A stretch of DNA of 64,000 nucleotides from Acidimicrobiia bacterium (GCA_035468285.1 DATISY010000090.1:7407-71406); one strand, 5' to 3'; counted from the first letter of the stretch, positions 38,898 to 47,502 are shown. The notes: a model not told the origin generated them from the letters alone. Made by a program: numbers and translations.

Positions 38898-40355
38898 TCA
38901 GGGCAGCGTCTCGAGGAGGGTGGCGACGACGCCGTCGATGGTGTGGGTGGCGGCCTCGGCGTCGACGCGCAGGCCGAGCTCACGGGCGGTGGCGGAGGTG
39001 ACGGGGCCGATGGACACGACGTGGGGTTGGGGGTCGAGCGGCCCGACGAGCTCGACGAAGTTCCGGACGGTGGACGACGACGTGAACGTGATCGCGTCGA
39101 CGGTCCCGCGGCGGACCTCGTCGAGGGCCGCGGGGTCGGGCTCGGCAGCCCGGGTCCGGTACAGGGGGAGGACGTCGACGTGGTAGCCGAGCCGGCGTAG
39201 CCCGTCGGGTAGGACATCGCGGGCCTGCTCGGCGCGGGCGAGCAGGACCCGCCCGCCGGTGCCATCGGGGGGCGGGAACGCGTCGAGGAGCGCCTCGGCG
39301 ACGAACCGGTCGGGGATGAGGTCGGCGCGCACGCCGTACTCGGCGAGGGCAGCGGCGGTGCCGGGCCCGATGGCCGCGACCCGGACCGCGGCGAGCACGC
39401 GGGCGTCCCCACCCTGGGGGGTGATACCGCGGTCGAAGAGGGCACGGACCCCGTTCGCGGAGGTGAGCACGAGCCAGGCGACGTCGTCGAGCGGCGGGAG
39501 CGCGACCGGGAGCGGATCGACGCGGATGGCGGGCAGCTCGACGACCCGGGCGCCGAGCTCGCCGAGCCGGCCGCGCAGCTCGCTCGCCTGCTCCCGGGCT
39601 CGGGTCACGACGACGGTGCGCCCGAAGAGCGGCCGCTGCTCGAACCAGCCGAGGTCGAGGGCGGCGACGGCACCGATCACGACCGCGGCGGGCGCCGCGA
39701 CCGCGAGGTCGGTCACCGTCGCGAGGGTCGCCCGCGTGGTCCGCTGGTCGGGACGGGTCCCGGCGTGGACCGCGGCGACGGGCGTGTCCGCGGGAAGGCC
39801 TGCGGCGAGGAGCTGCGCCGCGATGCTGGGAAGCGTCGCCGCGGCCATGAGGATCACAAGCGTCCCTCCGGCCCCCGCGAGGCGGCCCCAGTCGACGTCG
39901 GTGTGGCCCTTCGTCGGGTCTTCGTGGCCGGTGACGATCGTGACGTGCGTGGACAGGCCGCGGTGGGTGACGGGGATGCCCGCGTACGCGGGCGCAGCGA
40001 TGGCGCTCGTCACACCGGGGACGATCTCGAAGGGGATCCCGGCGGCGGCGAGCGCCTCGGCTTCTTCCCCACCGCGGCCGAACACGAACGGGTCGCCCCC
40101 TTTGAGGCGGACCACCGCGTCGCCGGCCCGCCCGTACTGGACGAGGAGGGCGTTGATCTGGTCCTGGGTGGCGTCGACCGACCCAGGGGCCTTCCCGACC
40201 GAGATGCGACGCGCCGTGGCGGGGGCAAGGTCGAGGAGCGCGTCGGTGCCGAGCCGGTCGTAGATGACGACCTCGGCGGCGGCGAGGAGCTCCGCGCCGC
40301 GTCGGGTGAGCAGCCCGGGGTCGCCGGGGCCGGCGCCGACCAACGCGACGCTCAC
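38898..40355 (-). CDS. Bifunctional uroporphyrinogen-III C-methyltransferase / uroporphyrinogen-III synthase
   Basis: N-terminal LVGAGPGDPGLLT and VVRLKGGDPFVFGRGGEE (SUMT). The C-terminal half is HemD-like. This fusion is known in actinobacteria. Confidence 0.85.
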   Translation of the reverse strand: MSVALVGAGPGDPGLLTRRGAELLAAAEVVIYDRLGTDALLDLAPATARRISVGKAPGSVDATQDQINALLVQYGRAGDAVVRLKGGDPFVFGRGGEEAEALAAAGIPFEIVPGVTSAIAAPAYAGIPVTHRGLSTHVTIVTGHEDPTKGHTDVDWGRLAGAGGTLVILMAAATLPSIAAQLLAAGLPADTPVAAVHAGTRPDQRTTRATLATVTDLAVAAPAAVVIGAVAALDLGWFEQRPLFGRTVVVTRAREQASELRGRLGELGARVVELPAIRVDPLPVALPPLDDVAWLVLTSANGVRALFDRGITPQGGDARVLAAVRVAAIGPGTAAALAEYGVRADLIPDRFVAEALLDAFPPPDGTGGRVLLARAEQARDVLPDGLRRLGYHVDVLPLYRTRAAEPDPAALDEVRRGTVDAITFTSSSTVRNFVELVGPLDPQPHVVSIGPVTSATARELGLRVDAEAATHTIDGVVATLLETLP

Positions 40356-41239
40356 GCGAGGTCCTCGAGCACCAGGCGGCCGCCGTGCTGGCCGATGAGG
40401 TCACGGGCCGCGACGCGTCCGGTGGCGTCGGGGTCGTCGCCGCGGGTCGTGGCGCGCAGCACGATACGGCCGTCGAGCGACGCGACGAGCGCGTCGATGG
40501 TCACACCGGACCCCTCGACCGCGGCGAGGGCACCGACCGGGACGTCACAGCCGCCGCCGAGCTCGTCGAGGAACGCCCGCTCCGCGTCGACGGCGCGACG
40601 GACCTCCGGGTCGTCGATGGCCCGGACCGATTCGAGGTGGGCGTCGTCGTCGGCTCGACACTCGACCGCGAGTGCCCCCTGCGCGACTTGGGGCAGAAGG
40701 GTCGACGGGTCGACGCGGTGCACCCGGTCGTCGACGAGGTCGAGCCGGTCCAACGCGGCCGCGGCGATGACGACCGCGTCGAAGCGGTCGAGGCGCCCGA
40801 GACGGGTCGGGACGTTGCCCCGCAGCTCCCCGAACGTGAGGTCGGGGCGGTGGTGGGCGAGCTGGGCCCGGCGGCGCACCGACCCGGTGCCGACGCGCCC
40901 GCCGGTCGGGAGCGACTCGAGGGTGGCGCCCACGAGCGCGTCGCGGGGGTCGGCCCGTTCCGGGACGGCGGCGAGGACGAGACCGGGCGGGGTGCGGGGC
41001 GGCAGGTCCTTGGCCGAGTGGACCGCGAGGTCGGCTCGGCCGTCGCGCACGGCGTCTTGCACTTCCGTGACGAACACGCCCTGTCCTCCGATGTGGTGGA
41101 TGGGGCTGTCGCGGTCTCGGTCCCCGGCGGTGGTGATGACGACGAGCTCGGCGTCGACGCTGAGCAGGGCGATGACTCGCTCGGCTTGCCACCGGGCGAG
41201 CGCGCTGCCGCGCGTCGCGACGCGCAGCGGGGGTGTCAC
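40352..41239 (-). CDS. hemC: Hydroxymethylbilane synthase
   Basis: LRVATRGSALARWQAE N-terminus, RGNVPTRL motif. Confidence 0.9.
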   Translation of the reverse strand: MTPPLRVATRGSALARWQAERVIALLSVDAELVVITTAGDRDRDSPIHHIGGQGVFVTEVQDAVRDGRADLAVHSAKDLPPRTPPGLVLAAVPERADPRDALVGATLESLPTGGRVGTGSVRRRAQLAHHRPDLTFGELRGNVPTRLGRLDRFDAVVIAAAALDRLDLVDDRVHRVDPSTLLPQVAQGALAVECRADDDAHLESVRAIDDPEVRRAVDAERAFLDELGGGCDVPVGALAAVEGSGVTIDALVASLDGRIVLRATTRGDDPDATGRVAARDLIGQHGGRLVLEDLA

Positions 41240-42498
41240 TCGGGTTCGTCGAGCGCGAACAGGTCGGCGAGGGCATCGGTGAGCAGCTCGCCTTGGGCGG
41301 TGCCGGCCGCGTCTTTGACCCGGATGGTCGGCTCGTGGAGCAGCTTGTTGATGACCCCGCGCGTCACCTGCTCGACGATCTCGCGCGAGGCGGCGTCGAG
41401 GCGTCCGGCGCGCCGGTCGATCTCGCTGGTGCGCAGCTCCTCCACCCGGGCTCGAAGGGCGGCGATGATCGGCGCGACCTGGCGCGCCGAGCGGTCGAGA
41501 CGGAACCGGTCGAGCTCCTCGGTGATGATCTCCCGGACGGTGCCGACCTCGGCCCGGCGCTGCTGGAGCGACTGCTCCCCGAGGGCCCGGAGGGCTTCGA
41601 TATCGAGGAGGGTGATCCCGAACACCTGGCCGACACCGGGGTCGACGTCGCGGGGGACCGCGACGTCCACGACGAGCAGCGCCCGCCCGTCACGGCGTTC
41701 CATCACGGTCTCCATGTCGCCTCGCTCGATCAGGACGCCGGGGGCGCCGGTCGAGGAGAGGAGCACGTCAGCGGTGACCAGCGCGTCGGGGATCTCGTCG
41801 AGGGAGATGGCATAGCCGTCGACGCGACGGGCCAGCTCGCGGGCCCGGGTGCGGCTGCGGTTGGCGACGACAATCTCGCCGACGCCGGCACCGGCGAGCG
41901 CCACGGCCATGCCCTCGCCGACGTCACCGGCGCCGAGGACCAGGACCCGCCGGCCGGCGAGAGACCCGAGCCGCTCGCCCGCGAGGGCCACCGCGGCCGA
42001 GGAGACCGACACCGCGTGGCGGGCGATGCCGGTCTCGTGGCGGGCGCGTTTCCCGACGTGGACGGCGTGACGGAAGGCACGGGACAGCAGCTGACCGGCG
42101 GTTCCCTCGCGCTCGGCGGTCTGCCAGGCCTCGCGTACCTGGCCGAGGATCTCGCCTTCGCCGATGATCATCGAGTCGAGCCCGGCGGCCACGCCGAACA
42201 GGTGCGCGACCGCGGCGTCGTCGTGGTACGTGTAGAGGCTCTCGGCGAGGACGTCAGGATCGACCCCGGCGAGCTCGGCGAGGTGGTGGCGGACGTCGTC
42301 GACACCGGGGTGGAACCGGGTGGAGCGGGTGTACACCTCGGTGCGGTTGCAGGTGGACAGCAAGATGACCTCGGCGAGGTGTTCCCGGCCGACCAGCGCG
42401 TGCAGCGCCTTCGGGAGGGAGCCCGGCTGGACCGTCATCCGCTCGAGGAGATCGACGGCCGCGGTGCGGTGGTTCAGTCCAACGACGACGAGAGACAC
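41236..42498 (-). CDS. hemA: Glutamyl-tRNA reductase
   Basis: VVGLNHRTA, STCNRTEVY and LGAGDVGE motifs. Start at GTG 42498. Confidence 0.9.
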   Translation of the reverse strand: MSLVVVGLNHRTAAVDLLERMTVQPGSLPKALHALVGREHLAEVILLSTCNRTEVYTRSTRFHPGVDDVRHHLAELAGVDPDVLAESLYTYHDDAAVAHLFGVAAGLDSMIIGEGEILGQVREAWQTAEREGTAGQLLSRAFRHAVHVGKRARHETGIARHAVSVSSAAVALAGERLGSLAGRRVLVLGAGDVGEGMAVALAGAGVGEIVVANRSRTRARELARRVDGYAISLDEIPDALVTADVLLSSTGAPGVLIERGDMETVMERRDGRALLVVDVAVPRDVDPGVGQVFGITLLDIEALRALGEQSLQQRRAEVGTVREIITEELDRFRLDRSARQVAPIIAALRARVEELRTSEIDRRAGRLDAASREIVEQVTRGVINKLLHEPTIRVKDAAGTAQGELLTDALADLFALDEPE

Positions 42499-43136
42499 GC
42501 CCGGAGGAGCTCCTTCGCTTGGGCCACGCGCCCGGTGCGGATCAGGTCGAGCATGCCGGAATCGAGCGCTCCCCGCCAATCTAGGGTCTCGCTCGACGTT
42601 CCGGCCGACCGGATCCGTTCGCGCTCGTCGGAGAGCAGGTCGAGGAGCACGCCCCACTCGGGGCCCATCTCGGTGGCCACGTGGTCTTTGAGGTAGGTGG
42701 CCAGCGCGGGGCTGCGGCCGCCGGTCCCGATCGTCACGACGAGGTCGCCCTGGCGGACGACTGACATGAGGGTGAAGGAGCACCGGTCGGGGTCGTCGGC
42801 GCTGTTGACGAAGATCCGACGTGCTTGCCCCGCGTCGTAGACGGCTTGGTTCACCGCCGGGTCGGGGGTGGCGGTGGTGGCGAGCCAGGCGCCGTCGAGG
42901 TCCTCGGCGACGAAGGGTCGCCGGTCCACGGTGACGGACCCGGCGGCGTGCCAGGCCTGCACCTCGGGACTGACGTCGGGGGCGACGACGTGCACCGCGG
43001 CGCCGGCCTCGAGGAGCGCGCCGATCTTGCGGGTCGCGACGCGGCCCGCGCCGACGACGACGCAGCGCCGGTCGGCGACGAGGAGGTTCACGGGGTAACC
43101 GAGGAGGCCGGGCCGTCCCATCGGTCCCATGGTCAC
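42474..43136 (-). CDS. Precorrin-2 dehydrogenase / sirohydrochlorin ferrochelatase-like (CysG N-terminal type)
   Basis: YPVNLLVADRRCVVVGAGRVATRK Rossmann motif. 220 aa. Confidence 0.75.
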   Translation of the reverse strand: MTMGPMGRPGLLGYPVNLLVADRRCVVVGAGRVATRKIGALLEAGAAVHVVAPDVSPEVQAWHAAGSVTVDRRPFVAEDLDGAWLATTATPDPAVNQAVYDAGQARRIFVNSADDPDRCSFTLMSVVRQGDLVVTIGTGGRSPALATYLKDHVATEMGPEWGVLLDLLSDERERIRSAGTSSETLDWRGALDSGMLDLIRTGRVAQAKELLRACLSSSLD

Positions 43137-43789
43137 ACGTGGGCCCGGTCGAGGGCCCGTCGCCGGTGCTGTTGGTAGAAGGAGAGGATCTGCAGCTCGA
43201 TGGCGAGGTCGACCTTGCGGAGCGACACCTCGTCGGGCACGACGACGACGGTCGGGGCGAAGTTGAGGATGGAGCCGACACCGGCGGCGACGAGCCGGTC
43301 GGCGACGTCTTGGGCGGCGGCGGCGGGGGTGGCGATCACCCCGATCGCGACCCGCCGGTCGCCCACGATCTGGTCGAGGTCCTCGACGGGTTCGATGGTC
43401 AGGTCCCCGATGCGCTCCCCCACCTTCGCCGGGTCGGCGTCGACGAGGGCCACGATCTGGAACCCTCGCTCGCCGAAGCCCCGGTAGTCGGCCAGGGCGT
43501 GGCCGAGGTTGCCGAGCCCGACGATCGCGACCGGCCAGTCGCGGGTGAGGCCCAGCTCGCGGGAGACCTCGCGGACCAGGTGATCGACGTCGTAGCCGAC
43601 CCCCCGCGTGCCGTAGGAGCCGAGGTACGACAGGTCCTTGCGGACCTTCGCCGCGTTGACGCCGGCCAGCTCGGCGAGCTGCTCGGACGAGACGGTCCCG
43701 ACGGTGCGGTCCGCCATCTCGATCAGGGCCCGGTAATAGAGAGGAAGCCGGACCACGGTCGCCTCGGGGATCGGGCGAGCCTGCGTGAT
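43133..43789 (-). CDS. rex: Redox-sensing transcriptional repressor Rex (start uncertain: ATC 43789 or GTG 43756)
   Basis: RLPLYYRAL, SSEQLAELAGVNAAKVRKDLSYLGSYGTRGVGYDV and IVGLGNLG motifs. The conserved RPIPEATV lies upstream of the first canonical start. Confidence 0.9.
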   Translation of the reverse strand: MTQARPIPEATVVRLPLYYRALIEMADRTVGTVSSEQLAELAGVNAAKVRKDLSYLGSYGTRGVGYDVDHLVREVSRELGLTRDWPVAIVGLGNLGHALADYRGFGERGFQIVALVDADPAKVGERIGDLTIEPVEDLDQIVGDRRVAIGVIATPAAAAQDVADRLVAAGVGSILNFAPTVVVVPDEVSLRKVDLAIELQILSFYQQHRRRALDRAHV

Positions 43790-43840
43790 GTCGGGCTCCT
43801 CTCCCCTCGCCGCGTGGCCTCCCGTAACCCTATCCCGGCC

Positions 43841-43858
43841 TTGTGCACGCGGTCACAA
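43841..43858. promoter_or_regulatory. Rex operator (ROP)-like palindrome TTGTGCACGCGGTCACAA
   Basis: The core TGTGCACGCGGTCACA matches the published Streptomyces ROP TGTGAACGCGTTCACA at 14 of 16 positions. It lies in the divergent rex / membrane-protein intergenic region. Confidence 0.65.
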
Positions 43859-43908
43859 GCGACCGGCGACCGGGGAGTCGGGGGCCGACACCGTTACGCT
43901 CCGCCCCG

Positions 43909-44601
43909 ATGGTCCCGGGCCTTGCCTTCCTGGCTACGGCGGTGGCCATCCTGTTCGCCGAAGCGACCCTGGTGCGGGCGACCCAGACCCACCGGCGGGA
44001 ACTCTGGGACTGGACCGTCGCGCTGGCCATGTTCGCGGTCGCGGGGGCGGCGCTCGCGCTGGGGAGCTCGAACGGATGGGACCGCGGCACCTACCGGGTG
44101 TTCTTCTTGCTGGGGGCGGTCCTCGACGTCCCCTGGCTGGCGCTGGGCACCATCGACTTGCTCTTGGGTCCGGCGGTGGGCCGGCGGGTCCAGTGGTTCG
44201 TGGTCTTCTTCTCCGGGCTCGCCGCCGGGGTCGTGCTGAGCGCCCCGATGGGGGCGGTGCAGGGCACGACCATCCCGGTCGCCAGCCATGTCTTCGGGAC
44301 GTTCCCGCGGGCGCTCGCCGGGATCGGCAGCGGGATCGGCGCGACGGTGATCTTCGTGGGGGCGGTGGTGTCCGCCGTCCGGTACGCGAGGAACCGTGCG
44401 GCCCCGGGGTCGGCGCGTCGTGCGGCGGCGAACGCCCTGATCGCGGTCGGGACGATCGTGCTGTCCAGCGGCGGGCTGCTGCAGGGCTTCGTCGGGCATG
44501 ACGAGGCGTTCGCGGTGACGCTCGCCGTCGGGATCAGCGTCGTCTTCGCCGGCTTCCGGGTGGCGAGCGGCTCGGCGCCGCGCCCGGCGCCGATCGGCTG
44601 A
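43909..44601 (+). CDS. Polytopic membrane protein of unknown function
   Basis: About 231 aa from ATG 43909 (MVPGLAFLATAVAILF) with multiple TM helices. The track start at 43843 lies inside the Rex operator and is rejected. Confidence 0.55.
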   Translation: MVPGLAFLATAVAILFAEATLVRATQTHRRELWDWTVALAMFAVAGAALALGSSNGWDRGTYRVFFLLGAVLDVPWLALGTIDLLLGPAVGRRVQWFVVFFSGLAAGVVLSAPMGAVQGTTIPVASHVFGTFPRALAGIGSGIGATVIFVGAVVSAVRYARNRAAPGSARRAAANALIAVGTIVLSSGGLLQGFVGHDEAFAVTLAVGISVVFAGFRVASGSAPRPAPIG

Positions 44602-44605
44602 GACC

Positions 44606-46090
44606 TCAGGGGGGACGCTGGTCCAGCAGGGCGCGGCGCAGCAGCTTGCCCGCGGGGTTCCGGGGCAGCTCGGGCACCGATTCGTACCGGGTGGGGCACT
44701 TGTATCGGGGCAGCGAGCGGGCGCAGTGCGCTGCGAGGTCGGTCGGGTCGGGGGGCGGGGCGCCCGGCGTGGGGACGACGAACGCGACGACCGCTTCGCC
44801 GGTGCGGGGACTGGGGGCACCGACGACCCCGACCTCGTGGACACCGGGGTGGGTTCGCAGGACGTCTTCGACCTCGACGGGGTACACGTTGAAGCCGGAC
44901 ACGATGATGAGGTCCTTGAGTCGGTCGACCAGCCGCAGGTCGCCGTCGTCCTCGACGACGGCGACGTCTCCGGTGCGGAGCCAGCCGTCCGGGGTGAGGG
45001 CCTGGGCCGTCGCCCGGTCGTCGTGCCAGTAGCCGGGGAAGACGTTCGGGCCCTGGACCCAGAGCTCGCCGGGATCGCCGGCGAGGACGTCGGCCCCGGC
45101 CGTGTCGACGAGGCGCACGGCCACGCCCGGCACCGGCGGCCCGATCGACCCGGGGCGGGGCGGGTGGTCGCAGAGCGCCGTGCTCGTGACGATCGGGGAC
45201 GCCTCGGTGAGCCCGTATCCCTGGTGGAGCACGAGGCCGAACCGGTCCTGGAACGCCGCGGCGACGGTGCCGGGGAGCGGCGCGGCGCCCGAGACGGCGA
45301 GTCGCACGGACGCGAACGCGTCGAGGGGGACCTCGTCGGGTGCGAGCTCGGCCCAGTCGTGGAACATCGCCGGGACCCCGGCGAGGATGGTGACACCGCG
45401 GTCGTGCGCGACGCGGGCGGTGGCCGCGGCGTCGAAGCGCTCGACGAGGACGGTGGCCGCGCCCGCCGCGAGGCCGACGCCGAGGATGACGTTGAGCCCG
45501 AAGATGTGGAAGCACGGCAGCAGGGCCATGCCGACGTCGTGGGGCTCGAGGCGCAGACCAGGGTGGTCTTGGACCTGGGCGACATTCGCGGCGAGGTTGG
45601 CGTGGGTGAGGCGCGCCGCGCGGGGCGAACCGACGGTGCCCGACGTGAAGAGCAAGACCGCGAGATCGTCCGGATCGCGCTCGACGCGGGCAGCGGGCGC
45701 AGCGGGAAGGGTGGTGAGATCGATCGGCGAGACGGGGTGGCCGGCCGCTTCGACGAGGGAGACTGCCGACCCGGCCGCGAGCGCGAGCACCGGGTCGATG
45801 GCGTTCAGCTCCCGGTCGAGCCCGGCGGGAGGCGCGGCCGGGTTGAGCGGGACGCACACCGCGCCCACCTGGAGCGCCGCGAGGTACGCGGCGACGAACG
45901 CCGTGGTGTTGAGGCTCACGACCGCGACCCGGTCGCCGGGGCTCACGCCCGCTTCGACGAGGAGCGTGCCGAGCCGGGCCGCCTGGTCGGCGAGATCGCC
46001 GTACGTCGTCGGGGTGCCGTCCGGGAGGAGCAGCGCGGTCGCGTCGGGGGTGGTCGCGGCGCTGGCCAGGAGGACGTCGGCCAGGTTCAT
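44606..46090 (-). CDS. AMP-dependent synthetase/ligase (acyl-CoA synthetase family)
   Basis: LLFTSGTVGSPRAA (AMP-binding P-loop), GYGLTE, and TGDVAVVEDDG ... RLKD motifs. Start at ATG 46090. Confidence 0.85.
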   Translation of the reverse strand: MNLADVLLASAATTPDATALLLPDGTPTTYGDLADQAARLGTLLVEAGVSPGDRVAVVSLNTTAFVAAYLAALQVGAVCVPLNPAAPPAGLDRELNAIDPVLALAAGSAVSLVEAAGHPVSPIDLTTLPAAPAARVERDPDDLAVLLFTSGTVGSPRAARLTHANLAANVAQVQDHPGLRLEPHDVGMALLPCFHIFGLNVILGVGLAAGAATVLVERFDAAATARVAHDRGVTILAGVPAMFHDWAELAPDEVPLDAFASVRLAVSGAAPLPGTVAAAFQDRFGLVLHQGYGLTEASPIVTSTALCDHPPRPGSIGPPVPGVAVRLVDTAGADVLAGDPGELWVQGPNVFPGYWHDDRATAQALTPDGWLRTGDVAVVEDDGDLRLVDRLKDLIIVSGFNVYPVEVEDVLRTHPGVHEVGVVGAPSPRTGEAVVAFVVPTPGAPPPDPTDLAAHCARSLPRYKCPTRYESVPELPRNPAGKLLRRALLDQRPP

Positions 46091-46366
46091 GGGCCGGATC
46101 GTACGTGCGGCCCCGGGACGGACCCGGGGAGCCCGGGCCTCGGTGTGGGGGTCGGCCGGCTCGACGGGCGGTCGTCGCTCGCGGGGCGGGTCAAGCGGGG
46201 AGTGGTTCCGGCAGCGGGCGTGGGTCTTGGGGCGGGCTGGGAGGCCAGTGAACGCCACTTTGTCGTGGCGTCACGCTACCCACGCCCGCATACCGGGAAC
46301 CGATCCCTGCATCGTCTCGCTGCGTGGTCCCCTTGAGCGGGATTCCCACGGACCGTGATATTTCGG

Positions 46367-46459
46367 TCAGGGGCTGAGCCGGAGGACGAACTGGGCCACC
46401 GCGGCGGCGAAGATCATGATGAGGAGCGCAGCGATGGCGATGGTGGTGCCAGGCCTCAC
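46367..46459 (-). CDS. Candidate 30-aa single-TM peptide translationally coupled to the DUF62 gene
   Basis: GTG 46459 overlaps the DUF62 TGA (GTGA). Own translation: MRPGTTIAIAALLIMIFAAAVAQFVLRLSP. Confidence 0.3.
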   Translation of the reverse strand: MRPGTTIAIAALLIMIFAAAVAQFVLRLSP

Positions 46460-47280
46460 GGTTCGACCGTAGCGCCGGGGGGTGCGAGAACGACCACCGT
46501 GCCCGGCTGGAGCCCGTACTCGGCCGCGGCGGACCGCCGGTCGAGCGCGAGCGACACCAGGCCGTACGAATCGATCAGGAGGACCAGCTCGGAGGGGCGG
46601 GCATCGGCGTAGGTGTCGACCCAGCGGGCCGCTTTGGCCCACTCGCCGCTGGAGACCTCGATGGTGGCGCCGGGCTCCGCGCCGGCGGCGCGCAGCTCGT
46701 CGGGTCCGACGTTGAGCTGGACGTTGCCGAAGTGGTCGACCCACCAGACGTGGGCCTCGAGGGCCCCCCCGTCGAGGGGGGTGGGGAGGGGCACGAGCCC
46801 GGGCACGAGGCTGGCCGGATCGACCGGCGCGCCGAGGTCATCGATCGGGTTGCCGAGGGCGAGGTGCGCCGCGGCGGGGGCGAGGACGTCACGACCGGCG
46901 AACGTCGGGCCCGGCGCGGGGAGCTGACGGTCAGCGTTGGTGAGCGAGACGACGTGTCGCGCGCCGCCGAGGAGCGCGACGGCCGGCGCGAGGAGACCGT
47001 TGTCGGGTCCGAGGAACGTGGCGTGGTCGCAGTCCACGGCGAGGAGCCGGCGGTCGGTGCCGACGCCGGGATCGACGACGGCGAGGACCACGCATCCGTC
47101 GGGGAGGTACTGGGCGGCGCGGACCAGGGTCAGCCCGCCGGAGCGGACGTCGTGGGCCGGGACGTCGTGGGTGATGTCGATGATGGCGACACCGGGCGCG
47201 AGGCCGTGCAGCACGCCTTTGCAGACGCCGACGAACTCGTCGACGAGCCCGTAGTCGGAGAGGAACGCGACCGGTTTGAT
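46456..47280 (-). CDS. SAM hydroxide adenosyltransferase family protein (DUF62; chlorinase/fluorinase-like fold)
   Basis: KPVAFLSDYGLVDEFVGVCKGVLHGLAPGVAIIDITHDVPAHDVRSG resembles the family N-terminus (cf. SalL IAFLSDVG ... CKGV ... IVDITHDV). The conserved N-terminus precedes the first canonical start (GTG 47214), so the start is placed at ATC 47280. Confidence 0.8.
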   Translation of the reverse strand: MKPVAFLSDYGLVDEFVGVCKGVLHGLAPGVAIIDITHDVPAHDVRSGGLTLVRAAQYLPDGCVVLAVVDPGVGTDRRLLAVDCDHATFLGPDNGLLAPAVALLGGARHVVSLTNADRQLPAPGPTFAGRDVLAPAAAHLALGNPIDDLGAPVDPASLVPGLVPLPTPLDGGALEAHVWWVDHFGNVQLNVGPDELRAAGAEPGATIEVSSGEWAKAARWVDTYADARPSELVLLIDSYGLVSLALDRRSAAAEYGLQPGTVVVLAPPGATVEP

Positions 47281-47298
47281 CAGCGCGGCAGGGTGTCG

Positions 47299-47502
47299 TT
47301 ACCCGGCTTGGGTGTATCGGGACGAGAGGTAGGTGTTCACGTCGACGTCTCGCACCCGAAAGGACCGGCCGACACGCACGGCCGGGAGGTCCCCCCCCTT
47401 GATCAGTCGATACACCGTCATCGACGAGACACGCATCAGGTCGGCCACCTCTTGGACCGTCAAGAAGCGCGCCTCCGCAAAGGACTGCGCCACGTCGCTC
47501 AC
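47299..47502 (-). CDS. BldC-like / excisionase-family MerR-type small DNA-binding protein
   Basis: 67 aa from GTG 47502: FLTVQEVADLMRVSSMTVYRLIKGGDLPAVRVGRSFRV. GGAGAGGGG Shine-Dalgarno-like run upstream. Confidence 0.8.
   Translation of the reverse strand: MSDVAQSFAEARFLTVQEVADLMRVSSMTVYRLIKGGDLPAVRVGRSFRVRDVDVNTYLSSRYTQAG

Noticed and set aside
46252-46271. Hairpin ACGCCAC-tttgtc-GTGGCGT in the 275-nt non-coding stretch between the DUF62/micro-ORF unit and the acyl-CoA ligase start. A second hairpin, CGGGGC-N9-GCCCCG, lies at 13626-13646 between nuoN2 and pgi.
   Set aside because: The stems are short and have no U-tract on the transcribed strand. GC-rich DNA yields such stems frequently. 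I cannot compute folding energy here, so no terminator is called.
46091-46366. Gene-free 275-nt region, checked as a possible ncRNA, riboswitch or bS22-type micro-gene. Actinobacteria often encode the tiny basic ribosomal protein bS22 near proC/bldC.
   Set aside because: No basic KKRRKRM-type ORF is found in any frame I read, and I saw no recognisable riboswitch core. It is probably the 5' UTR or promoter of the acyl-CoA ligase, but that is not demonstrable here.
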